Origin: Octopus sinensis
Taxonomy: Eukaryota
Direction: 5' to 3'
Assembly: GCF_006345805.1 (NCBI RefSeq)
Contig: NC_042998.1
Location: 18,786,001-18,850,000, forward strand
DNA length: 64,000 bases
The position numbers were made by a program, and so were the translations under genes. The notes below the pieces were generated by a model. The model did no database searches, was not told the origin of the DNA, and saw nothing but the letters and a program-made list of their open reading frames with translations. The number at the start of each line of letters is the position of its first letter. The first letter of the stretch is position 1. This document shows positions 25,043-36,806 of the stretch, one piece after another.

Positions 25043-25460
25043 CAGAGTGTTCCAGAATTAATTATCTGTTTCAATGAAATTGAGCAAATTTTTAAAAAAC
25101 TGATGGAATTTTATGTTTATTACCAAAGCAAATAGATTTATAAATCTTACGTCAAACTTTTAATCTAAAGTTTTCAAAGTGTCTGTATCCCTGTATGCTT
25201 CAAATCTCTCCTTAGAGTTGTGAAACACATTTTGAAGCATTGAGAAGTTCGCTTCTGCACTGCTACCTGAATACGTTCTTTAAGCTCAGCTACACGATTG
25301 TTCCATCTTGGGGATGGAGGAAAAGAAAATGTTTGCTGCCAAATTGAGAAAAAAAGCCTTCATGGACTGCAAAAGGAATGCAACAGGAATGCAAGTAAAT
25401 TGGGTTTTTAAAAAATGCATCCGATTTCACTTAAATCATCATTAATTCTGGGACAACCTA
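25043..25460 (-). mobile_element. Non-autonomous Tc1/mariner derivative with TA TSD
   Basis: Imperfect TIRs CAGAGTGTTCCAGAATTAAT / ATTAATTCTGGGACAACCTA. Residual AELKERIQVAV C-terminal peptide on the minus strand. Confidence 0.65.
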
Positions 25461-26199
25461 TATTTAATGTGAGGTATACTTGCCATCTCAATATGGCTAA
25501 TCACTAAGGGTGGGTGTTACTGTAGTTTGTAGCCCCAGGTGAACATCGTCTCCAGTTGACTTTAGGCACACTTTCTTTGCCCTTATGGTATTTGCAAAGG
25601 GAGGTCACCATTCCCTCGTCAACGAAAGTGATACGCACGGACGAAACACCTTTTCATCGAAAATCGGTGAATGTCGTACGCTGATGACAGGTCAAAACCT
25701 ATATTTACTTGTCCGCCTAAATGGGGAGGGAACACAGGGGCGGGTTACTAATTGCAGGTGGCGAGCGTGGCTTCCGGAAGTGGTCCTGCAGTCAAACTCA
25801 AATGGCTGAGTCACAACAGCAGTTTGCTTCTTCTATGAACATTTTGCATTATATATTTCACACATGGATGACATAGAAAGCGGACATGCTGCGTTGCGCA
25901 TTATTGGAAACGTGAAACATCAACAGGGCACTCCTGTAAAATGGATGAATGGATTTGTCGTGCCTTACCCAGCCGCTCACACACGCACATGGGCCGGTGG
26001 TGCGCGAGATGGTAACATGAAGCTTCAACAGGGCGCTGACAAAAATTTTAGGTTTTTTCTCATTTCCTCTGCCAAATTAAACAAAGAGGTTTTCATGAAA
26101 TATTATACGCTACTTATAATGCATAACAAGTGTCAATATTTTATCGTCGTAAAATGACCCGAAACAAAGATAAACCCAGTGCAGTATACCCATAGTATA

Positions 26200-26535
26200 C
26201 TCATAAATACTCATATATATATATATATACATATATATGTATATATATATGTATATATATGTATATATATATATATGTATATATATGTATATATACGTAT
26301 ATATATATATATATAATTATATATATACATATATATTCATATATATTCATATATATACATATATATATATATACGTATATATACATATATTATATATACA
26401 TATATATATATATACATATATACATATATATATACATATATACATATATATACATATATATACATACATATATATACACATATATATACATATATATATA
26501 CATATATTATATATACATATATTACATATATATAC

Positions 26536-26590
<55 letters not shown>
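26200..26590. repeat. (TA)n/(TATACA)n microsatellite
   Basis: Read directly from the sequence. Confidence 0.95.
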
Positions 26591-26591
<1 letters not shown>

Positions 26592-26595
<4 letters not shown>

Positions 26596-26850
26596 GTGGG
26601 GTTTGCCAGGTAACGGAAGAAATTTTTATGAGAAGGAGGTGGGTAAAAGGCGTGGCTTTTGCATTGGTATGGTTAGACCTCTTTGTTTAGTGCAGTACTA
26701 AGTGTCCTTTTAGGCCACTAAGTATTCTACTAAACAAACAAGTCTGACCATACCAATACAAAAACCACGCCTCTTTATCTCCTCATCCTTCTCAGAAAAA
26801 AATCGCTTTTTCTTCTTTCTTCTCCGTTGCGTGGCAACCACCCTCTAAAT
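26592..26850. mobile_element. Foldback/MITE-like element, about 115-130-bp imperfect arms, tiny loop
   Basis: AGGCGTGGCTTTTGCATTGGTATGGTTAGAC pairs with GTCTGACCATACCAATACAAAAACCACGCCT. Centre at about 26710. Confidence 0.75.
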
Positions 26851-26944
26851 TTTTTTATATATAAAAGTCCAAGACATTTAACTTTAAACCATTTTATGAT
26901 AAATCCGATAACGGAAGAAAGCGCTAAAAGTATAAATGAAATGT

Positions 26945-27138
26945 ATTCTATTATTTGTTTCATTTATTTGACCGCGGCCATGCTGCAGCGCCGCCCTTGG
27001 TCGAGCAAATCGACCCCAGGACATATTCTTTGTAAGCCTAGTTCTTATTCTATCGGTCTGTTTTGCCAAACCGCTAAGTTACGGTGATGTAAACACACCA
27101 CCATCTGTTGTCAAGCGATGTTGGGCGCACAAACACAG

Positions 27139-27173
<35 letters not shown>

Positions 27174-27345
27174 CATATATACGGCGGGTTTCTTTCAGTT
27201 TCCGTCTACCAAATCCACTCACAAGGATTTGGTCAGTCCGAGGCTATAGTAGAAGACACTTGTCCAAGGTGCCATGCAGTAGGACTGAACCCGGAACCAT
27301 GTGGTTTGTAAGCAAGCTACTTACCACACAGCCACAACTGCGCCT
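26945..27345 (-). mobile_element. SINE family B
   Basis: Family B match. Confidence 0.9.
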
Positions 27346-28664
27346 ATATATAATCATCCAACACTCTGACACCTTATTCTAAATACATAATATATGTACA
27401 CCACTTCAAAACTACATATATATATATATAATCTATCATTATATTTGTGTGCCTATATATATATATATATGCTTGAGAAAACATGATTCTGGCGAACATT
27501 ATCCATACATTCTAAGCTGCAACAGACGCCACACAGAATGCAATACAAATAAAAGACCTTGTTTTATACACTCTGCAGCTGCCACTATGTGGGACGAGTT
27601 GCTATTAAACGTAGCCTAAAAGACTGAATTAAATTCAAATATTTTTCTCCTTTCTACCCCTTATCTCTCCCTGCTCTCTCTCTCTCTCTCTATTACTCCC
27701 TCTCTTTCTCTCTCACTGTTTTCCTTTTTTCTCTCTCTCCCTCTCTTCTTACTACAATTAATTTGATCGACCACTGGATTTTAGCATAAAACATTAAAAT
27801 TCAGTTCCAATAGAATTAACAGAAAATTATGTTTCACCAATACAACAAAAAAAATCCACTTCGTGTAACGTTAAGCAATGGGAGTTTTATTCTGGCATCC
27901 TAGGTTCGTTTCACTGCTGAAATCATTACACTTATTCCTTACAGAAATTTCAGTTATAATAAGCGCTTATTTTGTAAACATTAAGTCTAATCCACGAGTG
28001 ATTACAGATATTGGTCTCAAATTTAAGCACAAGGCTACAGTTTCAGAGAAGGTAGTCAGTCAATTACATTTACCCTCGTGCTCAACGGTTGCATATTTTA
28101 TGAAAAGTTGTAGGAGAACTATTTCACTTTAGTGGAACAGTATCTATGGATACCTGATTTGGTTAGCGCAGCTAACTGTCGTTCAACCCGCGCATAAATA
28201 CACATCGTCGACTTGTTACCAGGAACGCTCGAAAGATTAAACAGTTCCGGCCAGGCTTTCGAGGCAATAAGACTTATTACTCCTATGTCCCTGACTGAAC
28301 TCACGACCTCGTGTTACATTTCTAAGGGATGTATATTCTAAAACCTATTGAATTATGTAACTGCTTAGCATTTACCATGTTACTGATTCTTATCCATGTG
28401 AAATGGTGTGTCTCTCTCAAGGATACACTGCACCAATGGGAATCGATTCCACGACCTTATGATAGTGGGCCGAGTCGGAGGTACTACATCATTGAAGACG
28501 TTTTCTGAAATAAAGCAACATTTTATTGAAGAAAGTGAAGTTAAATCACTTTGATGCCAGTAAACTTGATGTTAAAGCCTTTCAAAATTTAGAAGCATTT
28601 AGTTTTCATGTTTCATAGATATGTTTAGGTATTTGACTGAGTAATATATAAGTCCGTGTTCAAA

Positions 28665-29120
28665 GGTGGTGAGCTGGCAGAAACGTTAGCACGCTTGACG
28701 AAATGCTTAGCGGTATTTCGTCTGCATCGAGTTGGCAGAATCGTTAGCACGCCGGGCGAAATGCTTAGCAGTATTTCGTCTGCCGCTACGTTCTGAGTTC
28801 AAATTCCGCCGAGGTCGACTTTGCCTTTCATCCTTTCGGGGTCGATAAATTAAGTACCAGTTACGCACTGGGGTCGATGTAATCGATTTAATCCGTTTGT
28901 CTGTCCTTGTTTGTCCTCTCTGTGTTTAGCCCCTTGTGGGTAGCAAAGAAATAGGTATTTCGTCTGCCACTACGTTCTGAGTTCAAATTCCGCCGAAGTC
29001 GACTTTACCTTTCATCATTTGGGGATCGATAAATTAAGTACCAATTACGTACTGGGGTCGATCTTATCGACTGGCTGCTTTCCCTAAAATTTCGGGTCTT
29101 GTGCCTAGAGTAGAAAAGAA
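28665..29120 (+). mobile_element. SINE family C dimer with duplicated head and terminal tail
   Basis: Two GCTGGCAGAA heads (about 28673 and 28731). GTCCGTGTTCAAA TSD at 28652-28664 and 29126-29138. Confidence 0.85.
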
Positions 29121-29565
29121 TATATGTCCGTGTTCAAATCGTATTCCATCACCGTCATTCCTTTTGTACTTCTAATAAAGGAAATCCCTAGTGATGATTA
29201 TGACAACAGAATAAATAATGCCTAAATCAATTAACTAATCAATCAGTGACAAAGTAGATATAAAGCTTCACTCGGTATCTTAGGTACCAAACTATTGAGT
29301 TTTACTGCTACATCTTTATGGGGCGGGTCTACAGTTTCAAGATGACCCTCCTACTTTCCACCCACTGGTTTTCAGTGGTTCCGAGAGGTAAGCCACAAGA
29401 AGTATTCTTTTATTCTTTTACTTGTTTCAGGGATTTGAATGCAGCCATACTGGGGCACCACCTTGAGCAAAACGGAGGTTCCAGGGCGACATATAAGACA
29501 TGTAATGTCAAGATCTATGATATTTCACTCTGAAAAAGTTAGTTGCGTTTATATATATAGTCACT

Positions 29566-29972
29566 TTTACTCTTTTACTTGTTTCAGTCATTTGACTGCG
29601 GCCATGCTGGAGCACAGCCTTTAGTCGAGCAAATCGACCCCAGGACTTATTCTATCGGTCTCTTTTGCCGAACCGCTAAGTTACGGGGACGTAAACACAC
29701 CAGCATCGGTTGTCAAGCGATGTTGGGGGGGGGACAACACAGACACACAAACACACACACACACACACACATATATACATACATGCATACATATATATAT
29801 ATATATACGACGGGCTTCTTTCAGTTTCCGTCTACCGAATCCATTCACAAGGCTTTGGTCGGCCCGAGGCTATAGTAGAAGACACTTGCCCAACGTGCCA
29901 CGCAATGGGACTGAACCCGGAATCATGTGGTTGTTAAGCAAGCTACTTACCACACAGCCACTCCTACGCCTA
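29566..29972 (-). mobile_element. SINE family B
   Basis: Family B match. Confidence 0.9.
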
Positions 29973-30306
29973 TTTGCATAAAAAAATATAAGTAATATTA
30001 GTGTACGGAATGTTGGAGTGATCTTAATACGTTTTTCCCTGAATTTAGTTATCTGAAACTATGACAACGTGAATAAGAATTTCGCAACGAAGTGATTTTT
30101 GTTTGTACCTCACTCGACGTTGCTTTCTAGGAGTGATCAAAGACTCGCGTGTCGACATCAGTGGAGGAAAATGCGGTTAAAGTCCATTTCAGTGATTGTT
30201 ACTGCTCTTGGTTGACTATATTAACCTGTAGCTTGTTTCATTTAACATCATCATCTGTCAGTTGGGTGTCGTTGGTGGATTTCCTGTGCAAGCATCTCTG
30301 GTCTGG

Positions 30307-30619
30307 GAAGGCGCAATGGCCCAGTGGTTAGGGCAGCGGACTCGCTTTCGGAGGATCGCGGTTTCGATTCCCAGACCGGGCGTTGTGTGTGTTTATTGAG
30401 CTAAAACACCTAGAAGCTCCACGAGGCTCTGTGAGGCGGGGTGGCGACCCCTGTCGTACTCTTTCGCCACAACATTCTCTCACTCTCTCTCCCTCTTTCT
30501 TGAGTAACGCTGCGACGGACTGGCGTCCCGTCCAGCTGGGGGGAACACATACGCCACAGAAACCTGGAAACCGGGCCCATGAGCCTGGCTAGGCTCGAAA
30601 AGGGCTACGTTTATCGTTT
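30307..30619 (+). mobile_element. SINE family A, tail variant 3, with 13-bp TSD
   Basis: CATCTCTGGTCTG at about 30294-30306 and 30620-30632. Confidence 0.85.
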
Positions 30620-30947
30620 TCATCTCTGGTCTGAGGACAGTTTCTTCCTTGCAGCACCTGACAAATAACGTTGGCACCTTGATATTGCCGTAGGTGCTGT
30701 CTATTATCTTCTCACTGAGAAATCAAAAACAGATACCACGTACATTGTATTACTCGTGTTATTCGCCTCAGTAGCTACTAATATGTTTAAAGTTTAGGTC
30801 AACATTCTTCACCTGACGAATAACCATAAATTTCCGATTAATAAATTGGAGATACGGCTTCATTTTTATCGATCCCAAGACCTCTTTTGACACGGGATTT
30901 TAAACTTTTGACTTATCTCATATGAAATATATTGTGATATTGTAGTA

Positions 30948-31372
30948 TAGGCGCAGGAGTGGCTGTGTGGTAAGTAGCTTGCTTACCAACCACATGGTTC
31001 CGGGTTCAGTCTCACTGCGTAGCACCTTGGGCAAGTGTCTTCTACTATAGCCTCGGGCCGACCAATGCCTTGTGAGTGGATTTGGTAGACGGAAACTGAA
31101 AGAAACCCGACGTATATATGTATATATATATATGTATGTGTGTGTGTGTGTGTGTGGTGTGTGTGTGTGTGTGTTTGTCCCCCCAACCTCGCTTGACAAC
31201 CGATGCTGGTGTGTTTGCGTCCCCGTAACTTAGCCGTTCGGCAAAAGAGGCCGATAGAATAAGTACTAGACTTACAAAGAATAAGTCCTAGGGTCGATTT
31301 GCTCGACTAAAGGCGGTGCTTCAGCACGGTCGCAGCCAAATGACTGAAACAAGGAGAAGAGTAAAAAGAGTA
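30948..31372 (+). mobile_element. SINE family B, full-length
   Basis: Family B match. Confidence 0.9.
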
Positions 31373-32008
31373 GAGAGTTTGAGAAAAGAAATTATTTAAA
31401 TTTATTACTTTATGCGTTAAAACTTAATCAACTAGCTCCTTCCTCCAACATTTCAGGAGTTGTGCTTACAGTAGAAAAACTTTCATTTGACATTTAAGTT
31501 TTTTCTAAAATTTGTTATGAACATTATACTTTTAAAAAATGTTACGTAAAATAGTAGGACAATAAAATCTGTTGCCATTCATTTTAGCAAATAATCAATT
31601 TGTTAACAAATAAAAGATATGACAATCTTGTGTAAAAAGTTAATGTTACTTTTTTTTCAATAGAAATGGGTCAGCCTTTTGTGCATGCTTTTTTGAGCAC
31701 CGCCCAAATGACAGTTGTAACATATTTAAGATCGGGTGAGGCATAAAAATTATAGAAGAAAAGATTTAATGGTATTTAGTTACGTAAATTTGCGTTAACA
31801 GTTAAAATCTCATCCGGTCGGAATCGATAATGTAAGTAAAATCAAATACTCAAATCGAAATGTAATGTTTATTTTAGCGTGAATCAAATTCAGAAGTTGT
31901 AAAAGCAAGTTATCTGAATATCAAATCAGCTTACCTTTCGACCGCTCTCAAACGCAGTCTATCTGCGTTTGCCATGTTATTTATCTCGGATATTTTCACT
32001 TTGACCGG

Positions 32009-32378
32009 CAGATTTTTAAAATAATTTCTTTGTAACTAAACACTTTTAAACTTCGTATACTGGTAGTGTGTTACATAAAACAGCTTTTTCTCTTGGCTTT
32101 CTTGAGAAAATTCTGTAGTTTGTAAGCTATTTGTTGTTTAATTTCTTGCATTTCGGCAATTTCAACCAATCAATGACGTCTATTGAGGTGAATACAATTT
32201 CTGCCCTATTTTGTCAACAACATTTTCTGGCGGTGTCATATCAAATTTGTCAACAAATAGCTTACAAACTACAGAATTTTCTCAAGAAAGCCAAGAGAAC
32301 AAGATGTTTTATGTAACACACTACCAGTATACGAAGTTTAAAAGTGTTTAGTTACAAATAAATTATTTTAAAAATCTG
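32009..32378. mobile_element. MITE with about 128-bp near-identical inverted arms
   Basis: 32009-32136 is the reverse complement of 32251-32378 with about 3 mismatches. Spacer of 114 bp. Confidence 0.85.
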
Positions 32379-32781
32379 ATATTTGGCGTAGTGAAATTGC
32401 GATTTCATTTTCGTGTTTCGGCTGTCAATTTATTATTGATATTAATTCAATTAACAATAAGTACTTTAATTAACATACGTTAGGTATGAATAACAATGCA
32501 AATTAATGGGAAGGAAAAATACTATCCAAGGCGTTCCATTAATTTCTGGTTGCATCGTTATGTACCCTTAATTTCTAGCTTCAAATACATTCACGGTTTG
32601 AATTCGTCTTTACTGTGTTCAAAGTTGATAAAAATAAAATCTAGTTACTCTTCATTTTCATTATTTCAGTGACCCATCACACATCAGTCCATCTTTCGAC
32701 GATTTTAGTTGCATATCAGCTATCAATGAGAAGTGTTTGTTTTCTCTTTGCACAACAATACTCTATTTTTGAAGAGAACTA

Positions 32782-33303
32782 CCGTAAATGCTCGAGTATA
32801 ATCCGCACTTTTTTCCCAAAATTTTATCGTCAAAATCCTTAGTGCGTACTATATACGAGGTTAAAAATGGAAATTATTTTCTAAGCAATGTCTGAGTCTC
32901 TATTTGCTGTCCGGCAATATTTTATTCAGACGCATTTTTTGATGTCGGGCGCGAAAATACATTAAGCTAAACCCTGAAGCAATGAAGTCATAAAAGAATC
33001 ATCCACAACTTGCAGTAAGCAACATTTATTAAACGTTATTTCTGTTATTACTGTTATTTCTTTATTTTCTGCAAACAAAATGCACAAAAAAGCTACACGT
33101 TTGCAATATGTTATATATACAATAATAATAAAGGACGTTACCGTATACATTTTTACAAACCAAGGACGTTATATAGACCTCCTTGACTCAAGTTAGAGAA
33201 AGGGTGCGTATTATACACAAGGTTTAGGTTTTTCAGAAGTACAGCCCCCTAAAAATCCCCTGCGTATTATACTCAAGAGCGGACTATACATGAGGTTTTA
33301 CGG
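32782..33303. mobile_element. pogo/Tigger-like MITE with TA TSD
   Basis: TA|CCGTAAATGCTCGAGTATAATCCGC ... GCGGACTATACATGAGGTTTTACGG|TA. Confidence 0.75.
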
Positions 33304-34015
33304 TACTCTATAAGAATCCAATGCACTTCTCGCTGCGTAACGCGATTTCATGGGATATTTATTTTCCGTCACTGAATGGATGGTTTTTGTGTGATTTGAA
33401 CTCAGAGCAAATATATTCGGAACAAATACTTGTCCAATATTCTAATGACTGTTCAACGCAACATCAAAATCTTGACACTTTTGACTTACGCCTCATTTCT
33501 TAAGAAACGTAAAGTGTTGCACCAAATTGAGAAGTCATTCCGTAGTAGTGATATTGTTTTCTAAAATATTCACAAGAGAACTTATTTTGGCAGTGGGGAC
33601 TCTTTTCACTCTGTATCACTACTTGATAAAACTAAATAAACTAGAAAGGAAGAAAGTAGAGTGCGTATGATTTAAACCTATAAAGTTAAGGGAGGCAACA
33701 ACACCTAACTTGACTTTTACCAGGTTCCCACCGTGAAATGATCGTGTTATAAAAGCGCGTAATAATTTGGGAAATTAACATTTAGCCAACGAAAATCGGA
33801 AATTAATTTCAACATTCAAAAATTTCCTTTAGAAAACCGAAAACAATGAAGCATTAAACTGAATCATTAAATCATTGATTTTACTGCGATAAACTTAAAT
33901 AAATTGTGGGGAGCAATCAGATTAATTTGCTATAACATATCTATTTCAACGGCCAGGCTGAAATATAAACGATATGAAAATTCTTGTGGCTTTTGAAATC
34001 AAAAGTTAATAAAAT

Positions 34016-34200
34016 AGGCGCAGGAGTGGCTGTGTGGTAAGTAGCTTACTTACCAACCACATGGTTCCGGGTTCAGTCCCACGGCGTGGCACCTTAGACA
34101 AGTGTCTTCTACTATAGCCTCGGGCCGACCAAAGCCTTGTGAGTGGATTTGGTAGACGGAAACTTAAAGAAGCCATTCGTATATATGTATATATATATAT

Positions 34201-34266
<66 letters not shown>

Positions 34267-34394
34267 GTATATATGTATATGTATATAATATATGTATATA
34301 TATATATGTATATATTAGCAAAAACTGTCTGATGAACGGCAACGAGAAACTCAGAGTAACAGATTTTGTTGAATTTTCTGCTGCTTAAAATAAA

Positions 34395-34442
<48 letters not shown>

Positions 34443-34678
34443 GTATATATATGTATGTATATGTTTGTGTTCTGTGTTTGTCCCCCCAAGATCGCTTGAC
34501 AACCGATGCTGGTGTATTTACGTCCTCGTAACTTAGCGTTTCGGTCAAAGAGACCGATCGAATAAGTACTAGGCTTACAAAGAATAGGTCCTGGGGTCTA
34601 TTTGCTCGACTAAAGGCGGTGCTCCAGCATGGCCACAGTCAAATGACTGAAACAAGTAAAAGCATAAAAGAATAAAAA
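34016..34678 (+). mobile_element. SINE family B with expanded internal TA tract and nested insert
   Basis: Family B halves separated by about 280 bp of TA repeat plus an 80-bp insert. Confidence 0.85.
34319..34368 (+). ncRNA. Hammerhead-ribozyme-like motif (type I minimal)
   Basis: CUGU-CUGAUGA-ACG(GCAA)CGA-GAA-ACUC(A)GAGU-A-ACAG. Core nucleotides are intact and stems I and III pair. There is one mismatch at the base of stem II. Confidence 0.6.
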
Positions 34679-36806
34679 TCTAACCAAATACACCAAGTCA
34701 TCTTGTCTGCTACTCTCCTGATTATGTCAATGTATTGCACTTTCTCGGGGTTTTATATTGACTTTCTACTATTCTCAAATGACTCCAAATTTGTAAAACC
34801 TTTTACTGACATTATTGTAATTTGCTTGAAGCATCGAACTATACACAGGCATTATTGTTTGGAAAATCTTCGAGCCATGCAATTTGGAAATTAATTAAAA
34901 CAAAAACATGAAATATAATGTCAATGAATATAAACTATGATAAACTATTGCCTTTCGTAGATTTTTAATATTCCTACAATATCTCGGGAAGAATCGCCAT
35001 TTCAAATTCGTGTCACAAAAAAGGGACAACAAAACATCCAAAGAAACAAGGACGGATCATTCGGAGTTTTCTTATCTTTGCAATTTATCTTTGCAATTTC
35101 GGCTGGTTATATTCAAGATTACTCCAATCTGGCCATCCCCAAGTAGAAACTAAGCTAAGCGCGTTAGATTCAGTAGAAGAAAGAACCGACAAGAAATTTT
35201 GATATATTCTTGTTATTTAAAAAAGATTATAATATAAATCGTTAGGATTTTTTTAAAAATCAATTTCTCGGAAAAAAGTGCAATAGTTGCCTCGGTTCTT
35301 GCATTCAGTATCACAAAAGAGCCTTTTATTTTGTGATATTGAATATATTAACATGATCCCGAATTATCGTTTATCATTAAATGCCTCACAATTTCTACTT
35401 TTGAATTTAAGAATGCATGTTTGCATTAGTTTACCGAAACGGGTTGACTTTCTACAAGCCAGTAAGCAGAAAGAAAGTGTGTATGTGTGTGTGTGTGTAG
35501 GTTTGTGTCTATGTATTTATATGTGTGAGTGTGTGTTTGCATGCGTGTGTGAATTACAGTGAAGCGCTGAATTCTCTTAATATAGTATTGGCATTTTCCA
35601 TTGATTTGCAAAGAGTATGTGCACTCATGACTTAACAGAATACGCTGATCTTCTCAGAAACATGGAAAATTTCTGCAGTGTATTGAAGATTGTGCCTTCC
35701 AGGTGTGACAAGATTCTTGACTTAAGTAAAGAGAAAATATAATCCACTTTTTATGAAGGAAATTCGTAGGATAAGTAATCAAATATAAAGCACAAATTTT
35801 ACAATAATCTGGGATGAATATCTCATAAACGTCACCTAAGCTATTGAATGCACCTAATTGGATTTCGTTGGATACAATGTTTTTTTGTAGTTTTTTTTTT
35901 TCTTTCTCAAAATAAATATCCCTTTAGTTGCAGCTAACGAATACCTTGCTATTTTGGTTTCCATGCTATCACACTTGGATATTTCAATGAACTATTCCAT
36001 CGAGAGGAATCCTTACGATATGAAATCGGTACTGTGAAGGATTTCTTTTCGAAGTTCTTAATTCAACTTGCTGATTGTTTCATCCTTTTTTTTTTAAATT
36101 CCTCCTAGCCCTGTTTTCATGAAACAAAGAATTATGGGCATTCAAATATCGATCCTCTATTTTAATAAGCTGACCTACATGACCGTAATGACAATATTGC
36201 TTGCATTCGGCAAAGTAAAACATTTTTGATATTTCACGAACCGTGACATCTCCAGATGAAATGGTTAAGTATACGGAATCTAACTTACTAAATCCTGACT
36301 AAATTTCTGATCTCAATAACGCTTCCGTTTCCCTCTATTCATTCTATTACAATACGATTTATAAAGAAATAGATTTTGATTCAGTGGTACCTATGGCTTC
36401 AATAAATGAACTGAGTATCTTGAGAGCATTGTATATGTGTGTCTGTGTATTTCTGTTTCGGTTTTAGTATTATATTCACTTATACGAACATCATATCTAA
36501 TTTCAAGTTGGTTTGGGAGTTTCTATTGCTATTAGTCTTTTATTATTCCTACAATGTCATATTTCATTGCTTTTATTAAAGAAGAGTGAATCTTGGGTTT
36601 ATACTTCTCGTTACAGACGAAGCTTTGGTAAGCGAGCGATTTTGCACTAAGTAATTTGAGACGAACTAGACGATTTCTCTCTCTGGCCAGATTTTCCATT
36701 GTAACATGATAAAAAAAAACCATACGTCGTTACATCTCACAACACATATACACAGAGAAGCATAATAACACAATTCCATTACTTAATTATCATTTGTGTA
36801 TTCGTA

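Noticed and set aside
25645-25700. Permuted hammerhead (GGACGAAACACC ... GGTG..GTC..CTGATGA)
   Set aside because: Stem I is too short and the stem II partner (GTCC) is missing after CTGATGA.
30100-30720. Coding-like sequence split by SINE A (EKIIDSTYGNIKVPTLF...)
   Set aside because: After removing the SINE the frame stops within about 45 codons and no family motif is recognised.
35650-36080. Possible plus-strand exons (KHGKFLQCIEDCAFQ; ANEYLAILVSML... or GFHAITLGYFNELF...)
   Set aside because: Competing frames, weak signals, and only superficial motif resemblance.
36532-36723. 63-aa minus-strand ORF
   Set aside because: Short, with no recognisable domain and no splice context.
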